Source: Minisyncoccota bacterium (GTDB lineage: Bacteria > Patescibacteriota > Minisyncoccia > Phycocordibacterales > Phycocordibacteraceae). Taken from it: a DNA stretch of 64,000 nucleotides. Made by a program: the position numbers and the translations under genes. Under the pieces are notes generated by a model. That model did no database searches. It was not told the origin of the DNA and worked only from the letters and a program-made list of their open reading frames with translations. The stretch spans positions 259,355 through 323,354 of the forward strand of contig DASPLI010000001.1 of the NCBI GenBank assembly GCA_035627655.1, written 5' to 3'. Below are positions 1-10,556 of the stretch, piece by piece. Within the stretch, counting starts at the first letter, position 1; each line of letters begins with the position of its first letter.

Positions 1-3
1 GAG

Positions 4-1068
4 GTGCCTGCTGCGCCCCCGCCTCCACCACCTCCGCTAACACCAGCTCCTGTACCGACACCGACCGTTACGCTGCCTTCTGATCCTGAGAAGGAAGCGG
101 CGCTTACACGTATGAAAGCGCGGATGGTGCTTCCGCCAGAACCAAAGGCGCCAGAACCGATTGCGCCGTTGCCTCCGGTAAGCAAAGAGCCGCTTCCTCA
201 GCCTCCGCTTACTTCGTCACCAATTCATACCTACAAAACTGACTTTGCTGCGCATGTGCAAGGTTCAGGCGCTTCGCGCATTTCTATACTCGCTGCCCAG
301 CAAGACGCGTCCGCTGCGCCAGTCGTGCTTCCTGAAGTGAAGAAGAAGCGCTTCGGCATGATTGCGCTCAGCGTCTTCTTAATCGTTGTTGGTATTGTTG
401 GCGTTACAACCGCGTATCGCTATGCAACGCAGCAAGTTGTACCGCCGGAACTCTTTGTTCCGTCTCTTATTTTTGCTGACGAGCGCGTTGCTGTGTCTGG
501 AAGCGGGGAAGAACTGCGCCAGAAGCTTGGGAACCTTACTGAGGCGCGAGAGCTTTCTGATGGCGGCGTGGTTGTGACGTATATTACATACGCTTCAACC
601 ACCCCCGACGGAAAGACTGTCAATGTGCCAGCAAGCGGCGGCGCGCTCATAGAAGCACTCCGACTCTCGGCGCCAGATATTCTGCTTCGCAATATTGCTC
701 CAGAGAGCACGGTTGGCGTTGTGCGGGCGGGAAGTGAAACGCGACCGTTTTTCATACTACGCGTTACCTCATATGAACGTACGTATGCCGGCATGTTGTC
801 GTGGGAGTCGACGATGGAGCGCGATCTTGCCGTTCTTTATCCGCCCTATCCGGTCGAAGCGACGACTACGCCGCTTACGGAAACAGCATTCCGTGTCTCC
901 TTTATTGATGAGGTGATCGACAACCACGACGTGCGCGTGCTGCGCGACGCTGAAAACCGACCACTTATGCTCTACGGTTATCGCGATAAGGATACGCTGA
1001 TCATCGCCCGAGACGAGCAGGCGTTTCGAGAACTCCTCGCCCGCCTCGCTGCTACTCGCGCACGCTAG
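4..1068 (+). CDS. Proline-rich, single-TM membrane-anchored hypothetical protein (probably 5'-truncated by window edge)
   Basis: Long ORF; Pro-rich N-terminus, KKKR followed by a hydrophobic helix, then a globular C-terminal domain. Confidence 0.7.
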   Translation: MPAAPPPPPPPLTPAPVPTPTVTLPSDPEKEAALTRMKARMVLPPEPKAPEPIAPLPPVSKEPLPQPPLTSSPIHTYKTDFAAHVQGSGASRISILAAQQDASAAPVVLPEVKKKRFGMIALSVFLIVVGIVGVTTAYRYATQQVVPPELFVPSLIFADERVAVSGSGEELRQKLGNLTEARELSDGGVVVTYITYASTTPDGKTVNVPASGGALIEALRLSAPDILLRNIAPESTVGVVRAGSETRPFFILRVTSYERTYAGMLSWESTMERDLAVLYPPYPVEATTTPLTETAFRVSFIDEVIDNHDVRVLRDAENRPLMLYGYRDKDTLIIARDEQAFRELLARLAATRAR

Positions 1069-1089
1069 CGTGGTAGACTACTCGGTATT

Positions 1090-1443
1090 ATGAATACCGA
1101 TGCATATAAAAGCCGCCTGCTTGAGGAAAAAACCAATCTTGAAGCAGAGCTGCAGACCGTAGGCCGTAAGAATCCGTCGAATCCCGCAGACTGGGAAGCG
1201 GTTCCGGAAGAAACCGGACAGGAGGCAGATCAAGCAGATGCCGCTGACCTTATTGAAGGATACGAGTCGAATACGGCAATTCTCAAAGACTTGGAAATCC
1301 GTTACAACGATGTGCTTGGCGCTCTTTCACGCATTGAACAGGGAACGTATGGCACTTGTGAGGTTGGCGGGGAGCAGATTGAGGAAGACCGCCTCAGTGC
1401 AGATCCTGCAGCTCGTACCTGCAAGGCTCACCTTAACGCATAA
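1090..1443 (+). CDS. DksA/TraR family protein
   Basis: Acidic coiled-coil tip (DQADAAD); ALSRIEQGTYGTCEVGGEQIEEDRLSADPAARTCKAH matches the DksA C-terminal motif. Confidence 0.85.
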   Translation: MNTDAYKSRLLEEKTNLEAELQTVGRKNPSNPADWEAVPEETGQEADQADAADLIEGYESNTAILKDLEIRYNDVLGALSRIEQGTYGTCEVGGEQIEEDRLSADPAARTCKAHLNA

Positions 1444-1448
1444 GATAT

Positions 1449-2036
1449 ATGTCTAATACTCTCTCGGTAAAAGAGTGCCTCAAGACCGGATGGCAGCTCT
1501 TTAAGGCGCGCCCATGGTTTTACGTCGGTATTACGCTTCTGGTGACGGTTATTCAGATGGTCATCAGCGGACTGCAGGCAGCAACGCCTGAACCGATCGC
1601 AACGCTTATTTCGTTTGTGTTCTCGACGCTTCTGTATGCCGGCATCTTGAACTTCTACCTCCGGGCGCACGAGGGAGCAGGGAAGGTGGGCGATCTCTGG
1701 AACCCAAAGCCATTTTGGAGCTATCTTGGCGTTTCGCTTCTCCTTCTGCTTATCGTTGGTATCGGCTTTCTCCTCCTTATCGTACCGGGCCTCATTCTTG
1801 CGATGATGTTCTTCTTCGCTGGCTACCTGGTGGTTGATCGTGGTCTCAATCCGATCGCAGCACTTAAGGAAAGCTACCGACTCACGAAAGGAAACCGCTG
1901 GAAACTCTTCCTGCTTACGCTTGCGGTTGCTGGTCTTGCTATCCTCGGCATGATCCCGCTGCTGCTCGGTCTTCTGATTGTCGTGCCGGTTACGGGACTT
2001 GCGAGTGTGCACGCATACCGAACGCTTTCTCGCTAA
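1449..2036 (+). CDS. Integral membrane protein (DUF975-like)
   Basis: Multiple TM helices; LLIVPG and ALKESYRLTKGNRWKLF motifs. Confidence 0.7.
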   Translation: MSNTLSVKECLKTGWQLFKARPWFYVGITLLVTVIQMVISGLQAATPEPIATLISFVFSTLLYAGILNFYLRAHEGAGKVGDLWNPKPFWSYLGVSLLLLLIVGIGFLLLIVPGLILAMMFFFAGYLVVDRGLNPIAALKESYRLTKGNRWKLFLLTLAVAGLAILGMIPLLLGLLIVVPVTGLASVHAYRTLSR

Positions 2037-2234
2037 GGTATTAAAACTACGCGAACCGGCCCCTCGGGTCGGTTCGTGTTTGTATTATAAAAATAAGAAG
2101 TGAGAAGAGGGTGAAGGTTAGAGAGCGATCAGGCTCCATCTCGCTCGTGCCCACTGAATAATCGCACAACCGCTACCCCGGTAAAAGTCGGGGTCGTTTG
2201 TATATAAACTGTAGACGCTTGCTATCATTCCTGC

Positions 2235-3086
2235 ATGCGCCTCAAGAAATGGCACTACGTAATCTTGCTTATCGTAGTGCTTGCGATCAACGTACTGATT
2301 GCATTTCTCATTTTCTATACGCCAGACAAGCTTCGTGTTTCGTTTCTCGACGTCGGACAGGGAGATGCCATTTTGATCCAGGGACCGACTGGCATCGACA
2401 TGTTGGTAGATGCAGGTAAAGACCGCTCCGCGGTCCGGGAGTTGGGGAAGCAGCTGGGACCGCTCGACCGAACAATCGATATTGTTGTTGCAACACATCC
2501 AGATGCAGATCATATTGGCGGGCTTCCGGCAGTATTTGCGGGCTACCGCGTCCGTGCGTACCTCTCTCCATCTATAAAAAACGATACCGATCCAACGTAC
2601 GCGCTTGAAAGTGCGGTGGCACGCGAACAGGGGGTACGAATAGTGCCGGCACGCCGCGGTAGCAGAGTCGAACTTGGCGGCGGTGCGTACGCTGACATCC
2701 TCTTTCCAGATCGAGACGTAGATACTATTGAAACCAACACCGGTTCTGTCGTGCTGCGGGTGGTCTATGGCGACACCTCATTTCTCCTTACCGGAGACGC
2801 GCCTGATGATGTTGAGTCGTGGCTCGTCACGCTTGATGAGGGATCGATCAAAAGTGACGTGCTAAAAGCAGGACATCACGGATCTCGCACCTCGACCAGT
2901 GCTGCGTTTCTTGCAGCAGTTGACCCGAGCATCGTGGTTATTTCCGCGGGCAAAGACAATAGCTACGGTCACCCGCATCAGGAAGTAGTTGAGCGCATCC
3001 TCGCCTCCGGTGCAATTCTTGTTTCAACCATCGAAAAGGGAACCATAGTGTTTGAAAGCGATGGGGAAACCGTCATGGAGCGATAG
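2235..3086 (+). CDS. ComEC/Rec2-like metallo-beta-lactamase-fold protein
   Basis: FLDVGQGDA, THPDADHIGG, LLTGD, KAGHHGS and NSYGHPH motifs. Confidence 0.9.
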   Translation: MRLKKWHYVILLIVVLAINVLIAFLIFYTPDKLRVSFLDVGQGDAILIQGPTGIDMLVDAGKDRSAVRELGKQLGPLDRTIDIVVATHPDADHIGGLPAVFAGYRVRAYLSPSIKNDTDPTYALESAVAREQGVRIVPARRGSRVELGGGAYADILFPDRDVDTIETNTGSVVLRVVYGDTSFLLTGDAPDDVESWLVTLDEGSIKSDVLKAGHHGSRTSTSAAFLAAVDPSIVVISAGKDNSYGHPHQEVVERILASGAILVSTIEKGTIVFESDGETVMER

Positions 3087-3148
3087 CTTGCAAATAATAA
3101 ATTACTGTGGGATAGTTTTATCTGGAAAGGCACGTCTATCGAACTGAC

Positions 3149-3718
3149 GTGAATGGGTACTACATGCTCTTAGAACTCGGAAGGAAGCCGGTTCGATCTG
3201 CACTCACTACCTTCATTCCGGTAGTGTTCGCAGTCGGGTGCTTTTGGTTGCTGCTTGCGACCTTTAAGGATCTTGGCGTTGCCGTCTACGGCACGCTTAT
3301 CGTTACCGCGCTTCTCGCTGTGGTTTCTTTCTTCATGCAGTTGTCGGTGTGGCCATCATTCGCACAGACCGTTGCCGTTGTCGGAGTCTTTCTCGGCTTT
3401 GTGTACGAAGGGGCGATTGAGACGCTTGTCGTCTGGCCGCCGCTTGCTGCAGCACTGGCTGGCGTTGCCGTCAGTGTTGCGAAGGGAGACAGGGAATCGG
3501 GGGACCGCACGATTGGTGTGATGTCGAAGTTCTTCTTCGATCTCGCGCTCTATTCGGGTGTGTTCCTCTCGGTACTCCTTCTGTTCTTCACGTATACGCC
3601 GGGAAGTCCCTACCAGTCGTACGGTCCGCCGCTTCTGGGCGTCCTGCTCACTATGGGATTCTGTCTCTGGTGGAGTATGAATGCTGCACGGAATCGGCCG
3701 CGTGACCCTCGGCGATAA
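3149..3718 (+). CDS. Hypothetical multi-pass membrane protein
   Basis: Hydrophobic ORF with an upstream promoter-like region and a downstream hairpin; start uncertain. Confidence 0.6.
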   Translation: MNGYYMLLELGRKPVRSALTTFIPVVFAVGCFWLLLATFKDLGVAVYGTLIVTALLAVVSFFMQLSVWPSFAQTVAVVGVFLGFVYEGAIETLVVWPPLAAALAGVAVSVAKGDRESGDRTIGVMSKFFFDLALYSGVFLSVLLLFFTYTPGSPYQSYGPPLLGVLLTMGFCLWWSMNAARNRPRDPRR

Positions 3719-3762
3719 CACAAAACGCGGGAGCTTGTTGCTCCCGCGTTTTTCGTATTCGT

Positions 3763-4005
3763 TTAGATAACGCCTGCTTTCTTGAAGGTCTTGAAGGCGC
3801 CGTTCTTCTTGATGTGGCGCAGACCCTTGGCGCTGATGTCGACGAGGACAGACTTGCCGAGCTCAGGGACATAGACGCGGCGTTTCTGGAGATTTGCCTT
3901 GCGGCGAACCTTGCCCGTGTGGTTGTACTGCGTTGCGCGGGTACGGTTTGAATACCGCCCGCCAATCTGCGTGCTCTTTCCGGTAATGTCGCAAGCGCGT
4001 GCCAT
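3763..4005 (-). CDS. rpmB: 50S ribosomal protein bL28
   Basis: MARACDITGK...RRKANLQKRRVYVPELGKSVLVDISAKGLRHIKKNG; ATG at 4005. Confidence 0.9.
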   Translation of the reverse strand: MARACDITGKSTQIGGRYSNRTRATQYNHTGKVRRKANLQKRRVYVPELGKSVLVDISAKGLRHIKKNGAFKTFKKAGVI

Positions 4006-4128
4006 AGTGGGGGCATCGTAACACGGCCTATATAAACGGGCAACCAAGAGGAGGTTGACTTTATACATATGAAGTAGCATAATCATTCTTATATCGACGC
4101 AATAGTCGATGATTGGAAGGAGTTCCTC

Positions 4129-4353
4129 GTGTCTAGTTTGGGTCCGATGCTGATGTTGGCACTTACCTTCATCGGCAAATGTATCCTCTGGTTGGTATTG
4201 CTCGTGGTCTTCGTGATCTGCGCGCACTACTTTCCTGACCTTTGGAATATGGTCCGCGCCAGCTTCGGCGCCGGCCCAGCAGATCCATTCACCACGATCG
4301 TCTTTGCCTTCTCTGGGGGCATGGCGGGAGTCATCGTGTTTGGTTCACGCTGA
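4129..4353 (+). CDS. Small membrane protein
   Basis: Two hydrophobic segments; AAGGAG SD and TTGACT-N17-CATAAT upstream. Confidence 0.55.
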   Translation: MSSLGPMLMLALTFIGKCILWLVLLVVFVICAHYFPDLWNMVRASFGAGPADPFTTIVFAFSGGMAGVIVFGSR

Positions 4354-4405
4354 AACAGCTCGAGGCCGTCGCGTCACTGCGGCGGCCTTTGCTATACTCC
4401 ATGCA

Positions 4406-5038
4406 ATGAATGATCCCGAACTGATGGTGTTTACGGTCGTTGTACTCATCTTCTCTGTGATTGTGCATGAGGTCGCGCACGGTTGGATCGCAAACGCGCT
4501 TGGCGATCCGACCGCCAAGCTTGCTGGACGACTCACGCTCAACCCGTTGCCGCACATTGATCCGATCGGCTCCGTACTCTTGCCGGGGCTTCTCGTTGCG
4601 TCGGGCTCCGGTTTTCTCTTTGGTTGGGCAAAGCCGGTTCCGTATAACCCGTATAACCTCAGAAATCAGCGATGGGGGGAGGCGATCGTTGGAGTGGCAG
4701 GCGTCGCGACGAATCTTGTGCTTGCAATTGTGTTTGCGCTTGTCGCTCGGTATGCCGCAAGTGTTGGTATGCTCGAATTCGCGTCGCTCGCTGCGATTGT
4801 GTGCTGGGTAAACCTCTTTCTCGGCCTCTTCAACCTGATTCCATTTCCGCCACTCGATGGTTTTACGGTGTTGCGCGGGCTCCTCCCGCTGCGTTTCTCC
4901 GTTCCGTTCCGCGCGGTTGAGGCGCAGCTTGGCGGATTTACCGGACTTCTTGTTTTCCTTTTGATATTCAACTTTGTTCTTGTTGAGCCGTTTGCCGCCT
5001 TCGCACAAAGCATCTTCTCGCTACTGCTCGGGAGTTGA
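4406..5038 (+). CDS. Site-2 protease (peptidase M50)
   Basis: HEVAH, GWAKPVP and FNLIPFPPLDG motifs. Confidence 0.92.
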   Translation: MNDPELMVFTVVVLIFSVIVHEVAHGWIANALGDPTAKLAGRLTLNPLPHIDPIGSVLLPGLLVASGSGFLFGWAKPVPYNPYNLRNQRWGEAIVGVAGVATNLVLAIVFALVARYAASVGMLEFASLAAIVCWVNLFLGLFNLIPFPPLDGFTVLRGLLPLRFSVPFRAVEAQLGGFTGLLVFLLIFNFVLVEPFAAFAQSIFSLLLGS

Positions 5039-5098
5039 CTTTTATAGATTCTAGTTGTATAGATAATTGCCCTTGTTTGTAGGGTTGCACATTAGGAG

Positions 5099-5614
5099 GT
5101 GCACGTGACTTATGGTGCGGATGATTGGGAGGAAAACCCTCCCGCTCCACCACCGCGTCGTCGGCGCTTCAAGCTTCCCGAGAGCTCTCTCGGGAATGCC
5201 CTTGAAGCCGTCTTCACGTACGGGGTGAGCTTCTTCATCTATCTACCCATCAATGCCCTGCTCATCTTCGGTCCGTGGGAAATGAATCTCTCGTCTCCCA
5301 CGTTCTGGACGCTCTGGATCGGGCTGTCACTGGCGGTGGATGCGGGCAACCGCATCGCTGCCAATATCGGCATTCAGGAAAAGTTCGCCAGCAAGACGAT
5401 GCGTCTGTTCGCCGACCTCTTGTCGTCGGTGAGCCCGCTGCTGATCCCGCTCCTCATGATCATTCTGACCTTGACGGGCGTGTATCACGCGTCCTACGCG
5501 GACGGCGTGATCGCGATCCTCATGTCGTGGTTCTGCCTGAACGACGTGTTCGGCAACAGCAACATCGTCCATACGGCATTGCGTCGCGTCAACGAAGTCG
5601 CGCGCGATATCTGA
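5099..5614 (+). CDS. Hypothetical membrane protein
   Basis: About 4 TM segments; own promoter and terminator; start uncertain. Confidence 0.6.
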   Translation: MHVTYGADDWEENPPAPPPRRRRFKLPESSLGNALEAVFTYGVSFFIYLPINALLIFGPWEMNLSSPTFWTLWIGLSLAVDAGNRIAANIGIQEKFASKTMRLFADLLSSVSPLLIPLLMIILTLTGVYHASYADGVIAILMSWFCLNDVFGNSNIVHTALRRVNEVARDI

Positions 5615-5730
5615 ATGACGGCAAACTCGAACGGCGCGCCTCTGGTGCGCCGTTTTGTTTTTATACCCACCCCCGTCTTGGCGTTCCACGATAAGTTTTA
5701 TACTTAAAGGGTTAGTACTAACGTTTCATC

Positions 5731-6120
5731 ATGCCCCTCACCATATTCCTTGCCCAAGTATTCGGTCTCTACATGATCATTGCTGGTATCGCTATCATTG
5801 CGAACCAGCGAAACATCATGCTTGCAGTTGCCGCTCTTGTTGAAGAGCGTTTCTCGCAGCTTCTTGTTGGCGTGCTCAGCCTCCTGCTCGGTCTCTTTCT
5901 CGTCAATTCGCATAACGATTGGTCCACGCTTCCAGCTGGCATCGTATCGCTCATCGGTTGGCTCTCGCTCGTAAAAGGTATCTTCTACCTCTTTACGCCT
6001 GAAAATTCCCTCACCAAGATCATCAGGAAGCTGAATCAGCGCAAGTGGTACATGATCGACGGAATCATCGCCATCCTCATCGGCGCGTATCTTGCCGGCT
6101 TTGGATACGGCTGGTTCTAA
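5731..6120 (+). CDS. Small 4-TM membrane protein
   Basis: Hydrophobic ORF (HNDW, IGWLSLVKG). Confidence 0.7.
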   Translation: MPLTIFLAQVFGLYMIIAGIAIIANQRNIMLAVAALVEERFSQLLVGVLSLLLGLFLVNSHNDWSTLPAGIVSLIGWLSLVKGIFYLFTPENSLTKIIRKLNQRKWYMIDGIIAILIGAYLAGFGYGWF

Positions 6121-6169
6121 CGTTCCATACAAAAACAGCCCGCACGTGCGGGCTGTTTTTGTTTTCAGG

Positions 6170-6529
6170 TTATCGGTTTCGTAAGCTGGTCCAAGTAATT
6201 ACCACTATGCTGATGATGGAGAAGAGTCCGGCCATCAGCCACGTAACCATTTCTTTGGTAACCGAATAAAGCGGCATCCAGGTGTTGTTTGAATCAGGAG
6301 TAACTGCGATTAGAACAATTGAAAGTGGAAGCCACCACGCAGCAAGCTTTGCCCACGCCCCAAAGACCCCCTTCTTCTTTAGGAAAACTAGCAGAAGAGC
6401 AGGTATAAAAGTTGCTAAGCCAAGAATGTAGAGCGGTTCGCTTAACCAGGGATCATAAAGATCAAAATAATCAAAGATGTACCCAAGCGCACTTATTAAG
6501 ATTGTGGCGATTAGAATTTTTAATCTCAT
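6170..6529 (-). CDS. Small membrane protein directly downstream of lipase-like gene
   Basis: About 4 TM segments; AT-rich; 5 nt after the upstream stop. Confidence 0.65.
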   Translation of the reverse strand: MRLKILIATILISALGYIFDYFDLYDPWLSEPLYILGLATFIPALLLVFLKKKGVFGAWAKLAAWWLPLSIVLIAVTPDSNNTWMPLYSVTKEMVTWLMAGLFSIISIVVITWTSLRNR

Positions 6530-6534
6530 ATTTC

Positions 6535-9315
6535 CTAGAATATATTTTTGAACCAGGTAAGGATTTCTTTCATAATACTGTATAAGAGTCTAGGTAAATC
6601 GAAGAACCAATTTTGTGAATTTAGGGAGTCGTATATAGAGGCGGTTTGTGTACGTACCGAGCTAACCACTTCCTCGGTCGTTGTAGGTCCAGTCTCTAAT
6701 TCCATAGTGGTTGTTTGTGATACAGGTATCAGCCAGTTGAAAAATTCTGGAGTTGGAGGAGGTGTACTGGTGATAGTCGGGATTAAGTATTCGGGGGCGT
6801 CTTTCTCATCACTCTTTACAACTCGATTCGACCCTCTGCTGGAAGAAGATCCCGTTATTTCCTGAGGTTCGTAAGCGACAGTTTCCCCAGATGTCATAGC
6901 AATAAGAATCTCTGTTTCTCCGTCTCCATTTTCATCAATAGCGAGTGGTGTTGCATCTTCAATTCCATTGCTGATTGCAAAAGTTGCAAACGTATTAGGA
7001 GAAACAGGAAGGTTGGTTACAGTGCTTGTCTGGGTCACGTTCCCATCCTCCATCTCTTGAATATCGAGAGAAAAGGTACCTTCGTCTAATCCGTGTAACT
7101 CAACTCGGTACTCTGCTCCAGCCGGCGCAATAATGTATTGAACCTCTCCAAATCTTCCGTAGTGCGAGTCTGGAACATTTTCCTCTTCTGACCCATCGTC
7201 AACTGGTCCTGTTCGGTTCCCCCTGTTGTCGTGAAGTTCGAGAGTAAGAGGAGAGTGAAGGAAAAATATAAGTTTCTTAGTTTCTTGCTGTTGAATAACT
7301 GGAGAATCTTTTATAAATACAACTTCTCTGTCTTCTTGAAGAAGGAGATTGGAGATAAATGTTTGAACATCATCCATTTCCAAGAAGTTACCGTGGTCTC
7401 TGTCGGTATTGTCTTTATTGTGGTCCCGTATATTTACCCAAAAATTTTGTATGTTTAATATCTCTTCCTCCATCATAAGAGCACTGGCAACTGGAACAAC
7501 CCCATCACCGTCCTCTATAAATACTGGACGGTACTTTTTATTGCAGGACGTTCCACATTCCTCGTAGAACTCAATTCCAGAAATCGTGTCTTCACCCCAG
7601 CCAGCTATTTGATAAAGAGTGACTTCTCCAGGAGGAGTCCAGCTGTCTATTGAAGTATGTATCTGCTCTGCATAGCTGAGTAATGTTGAGTGAAGAACAT
7701 TTGCATTCTCGAAGTCAGAAGTGTCAGGCTTTGAACGCCCTCCCTCAGCTGCCTGAAGGAAGTCTTTAAGTTCAGCAAAGTTATCAATAGTTTCCCCGTA
7801 CATGTTTCGTTCAGCACTGTATGTTTCACTAAACCGGGCAACAGGATGCGTTCCACTATTCTTAGTGGATTCAAAATAGCGCTCTGTCGGGAGAAGGTGA
7901 TATCCCATGGGAGAGCGCTCTGCAAAATCGCGAGCAGTCGCTGGAGACACTAAAAATGGAAACCACCACGGCAGCCCTTCTTTGTAGCCGAACAAAAGAG
8001 CTCCAATAGCCTGCGGAGCACCGCTTTGTGGGACACCTACAAAAATCACATTATCGACAAGTTCTTCGGTTGCTTCAGGGCCAAGTTTCTCGAAAAGAGC
8101 TTTGGCAACCAATCCGCCATTTGAATGGGCAATGATAGTAACTTTCCCGGTCTTTGAGTTTGCAGCTAGTGAACGAAGTGTTTGTTCAATGTAAGGAGTA
8201 GATGTTGCTTCGCCGTAAAATATCCTTCCGTCGCGTTCAGCGCCCGTTTCAACAATGTCCTCAAGTGAGAGTCGCCAGTCATACGCTACTGGACGCCATT
8301 CGTTTATAGCTCCGTTCACTTGGAGATCATCCATATGCTCAATGAAGTCATCGTAGATATCGATGAACGACATGACTGAATCAATGACGTCGCCTTCTTT
8401 TGTATAAATCGCCTCCTGACTCTTCCCGTCTTCGTTTAGCAACAGCAGATTGATATCGTCTTCTCCTAATGGGTCCCACACTTTTTCTTCTGATCCGTTA
8501 TTGATATAGAGGCGACTCCCTTTAATTCCTGGTAAGAAAAGAACGTTTGATGCGCAAGGCGCTTCGCACACGGGTTCCGATTCTTCAAAATCACTAGCGG
8601 TTACCTGTAAGAATATCTCTGTCTCATTTGCGCCTTTTGTATAAATAACCCCATTAGTCCACCGCGGGTCTCCATTGACGCGGTACACAAGTGAAATTTC
8701 ATATTGCGCACCAGCTTCAAGCACGCAGTCGCTTTCTGGATGATCGAAAGTAATGAGCGCAACTGTCGACGCATCTCCAACCGGGATAGCGGCATAGTTT
8801 TCATGAGCATATCCGCTACCGTTTTCTTGTGCACTTAAGAGCCAACAAATATGCTCATGGGTTTCTGGCGACTTCAGTTCAATGGAAAGCCAGTTACCAG
8901 AAATGCGCGGCTCAGACGTGATGGTATTTTGCGCGAGATACAAACGCACTTTTGAAACATGACCGCTTGCGAGAGCGGTGTATATAGGACGAGGAGTAAG
9001 TTCGTGATATTCACCTCCAGCTGCTCCCGAGAATTCAATTTCATAAGAAGAATCGTCTTGCACTAGCAATAAGTCAGAGTCAGATCCAAGCGTAAGTATC
9101 TCAAAAGAAGATTCCGCTTCTGGAATTTCTCCAAGCGGAATATTTTCTGAGGAAATTTCTATTTCTGGAAGTGTTGGATCCTCAGGTTGAGAAATTATCT
9201 CGGGAAGTACTTTTTCAAGCGACCCGCCCAGCACCTCTTCCTCGGCGTGGGTAGTAATACCAAGTACCGGCAGCAACAGGGCCACCACTAGCGAGAGATA
9301 TGCTGCCCGCAGCAT
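6535..9315 (-). CDS. Large secreted alpha/beta-hydrolase (LCAT/PGAP1-like lipase/acyltransferase)
   Basis: Signal peptide; FLPGIKGS oxyanion motif, YDWRL, nucleophile elbow AHSNGG, DGDGVVP, catalytic His region. Confidence 0.85.
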   Translation of the reverse strand: MLRAAYLSLVVALLLPVLGITTHAEEEVLGGSLEKVLPEIISQPEDPTLPEIEISSENIPLGEIPEAESSFEILTLGSDSDLLLVQDDSSYEIEFSGAAGGEYHELTPRPIYTALASGHVSKVRLYLAQNTITSEPRISGNWLSIELKSPETHEHICWLLSAQENGSGYAHENYAAIPVGDASTVALITFDHPESDCVLEAGAQYEISLVYRVNGDPRWTNGVIYTKGANETEIFLQVTASDFEESEPVCEAPCASNVLFLPGIKGSRLYINNGSEEKVWDPLGEDDINLLLLNEDGKSQEAIYTKEGDVIDSVMSFIDIYDDFIEHMDDLQVNGAINEWRPVAYDWRLSLEDIVETGAERDGRIFYGEATSTPYIEQTLRSLAANSKTGKVTIIAHSNGGLVAKALFEKLGPEATEELVDNVIFVGVPQSGAPQAIGALLFGYKEGLPWWFPFLVSPATARDFAERSPMGYHLLPTERYFESTKNSGTHPVARFSETYSAERNMYGETIDNFAELKDFLQAAEGGRSKPDTSDFENANVLHSTLLSYAEQIHTSIDSWTPPGEVTLYQIAGWGEDTISGIEFYEECGTSCNKKYRPVFIEDGDGVVPVASALMMEEEILNIQNFWVNIRDHNKDNTDRDHGNFLEMDDVQTFISNLLLQEDREVVFIKDSPVIQQQETKKLIFFLHSPLTLELHDNRGNRTGPVDDGSEEENVPDSHYGRFGEVQYIIAPAGAEYRVELHGLDEGTFSLDIQEMEDGNVTQTSTVTNLPVSPNTFATFAISNGIEDATPLAIDENGDGETEILIAMTSGETVAYEPQEITGSSSSRGSNRVVKSDEKDAPEYLIPTITSTPPPTPEFFNWLIPVSQTTTMELETGPTTTEEVVSSVRTQTASIYDSLNSQNWFFDLPRLLYSIMKEILTWFKNIF

Positions 9316-9364
9316 ATGGCTCTAGTATATAGCCCTAAAGCAACTTTAGCGGTAGGCTCATTGC

Positions 9365-10078
9365 ATGGAAGTCTGGCAGATCGTCGGTGTTGTGATGGTC
9401 CTTACGTACATTGCGTATTGGGGCGGGAATCTCTTTTTCAAAGCACGTGCCGCTCGTGCGCTCATGAGCGACGAGCGTCCGTTTACAGACGACACGGGAA
9501 ATTACGAGAAGACACTTCTTGTCTTGGGAGACTCAACCGGCTCAGGCGTTGGCGCAGCAGCTCCGGAAGAATCGGTTGCCGGACGACTCGCTACCTATAT
9601 AGGAGCAACGCATGTCGAGAACTATGCGGAATCCGGAGCAGAGGTGCGCGACCTGCCAGAGCAAATCGCAAAAGCGAAGCTTCCTCGGTACGATCTTATT
9701 CTCGTTCACATCGGCGGCAACGACATTCTTTGGTTCCATAACGCCAAAGCAACCGCTCATCGGCTCAAAGAGGTACTCGGAACCCTTCCGGACGCTGGCC
9801 AGGTTCTCCTAGTAACTGCGGGCAATGTCGGGGGCGCAACCCTCTTCCCACCAACCTTCCGGTACCTCCATATGTGGACGACCCTCCAGTTCCATAAGGA
9901 ATTTACGAAGGCGGCAAGCGTAGTCGGCGCGACCTACGTAAACCTCTACGAGGCGCCAAATGTCGATCCGTTTATGGACGAGCCCGAGCGCTACCTTGCC
10001 GAAGATGGCCTCCATCCCTCCTCAGAAGGGTACCGGCTCTGGTTTGAGAAGGTGAAGGCCGCCCTTAGGGCCATTTAG
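9365..10078 (+). CDS. SGNH/GDSL hydrolase
   Basis: LGDST, GGND and DGLHP blocks; N-terminal TM. Confidence 0.9.
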   Translation: MEVWQIVGVVMVLTYIAYWGGNLFFKARAARALMSDERPFTDDTGNYEKTLLVLGDSTGSGVGAAAPEESVAGRLATYIGATHVENYAESGAEVRDLPEQIAKAKLPRYDLILVHIGGNDILWFHNAKATAHRLKEVLGTLPDAGQVLLVTAGNVGGATLFPPTFRYLHMWTTLQFHKEFTKAASVVGATYVNLYEAPNVDPFMDEPERYLAEDGLHPSSEGYRLWFEKVKAALRAI

Positions 10079-10079
10079 G

Positions 10080-10108
10080 TTGCATTCCGTAGGCCGCTCC
10101 TATATAGT
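10080..10108 (+). promoter_or_regulatory. Sigma70-type promoter of rpsL-rpsG
   Basis: TTGCAT-N17-TATAGT. Confidence 0.65.
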
Positions 10109-10143
10109 CTCCCTATCCCGCAGGGCGGGATTTTCATTACCAC

Positions 10144-10554
10144 ATGCCAACTATCAATCAGCTCCAGAAGAAGCGCCGCAAGTCGCCCGCGAGGAAGTCC
10201 AAAGTCCTCGCTCTTGGTCGTGGTTTCAACCACCTGGAAAACCGCCCTACGTTCTACCCGTCTCCTTTTAAGCGTGGCGTCTGCGTCAAGGTAACCACCA
10301 AGACCCCTCGCAAGCCGAACTCCGCTATCCGCAAGATCGCTCGCGTACGCCTCACTAACGGCATGGAAGTCACCGCCTACATTCCGGGCGAGGGCCACAA
10401 CCTCCAGGAGCACTCAGTCGTTATGCTTCGCGGTGGTCGCGTGAAGGATATCGGTGTCCAGTACACGATCGTCCGTGGCCGCCTTGATACCGCCGGTATC
10501 GAGAAGCGCCGCCGTGGCCGCTCTCGCTACGGAGCTAAGAAGCCTAAGAACTAA
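10144..10554 (+). CDS. rpsL: 30S ribosomal protein uS12
   Basis: MPTINQL...[11 protein letters not shown]...[11 protein letters not shown]. Confidence 0.99.
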   Translation: MPTINQLQKKRRKSPARKSKVLALGRGFNHLENRPTFYPSPFKRGVCVKVTTKTPRKPNSAIRKIARVRLTNGMEVTAYIPGEGHNLQEHSVVMLRGGRVKDIGVQYTIVRGRLDTAGIEKRRRGRSRYGAKKPKN

Positions 10555-10556
10555 GC

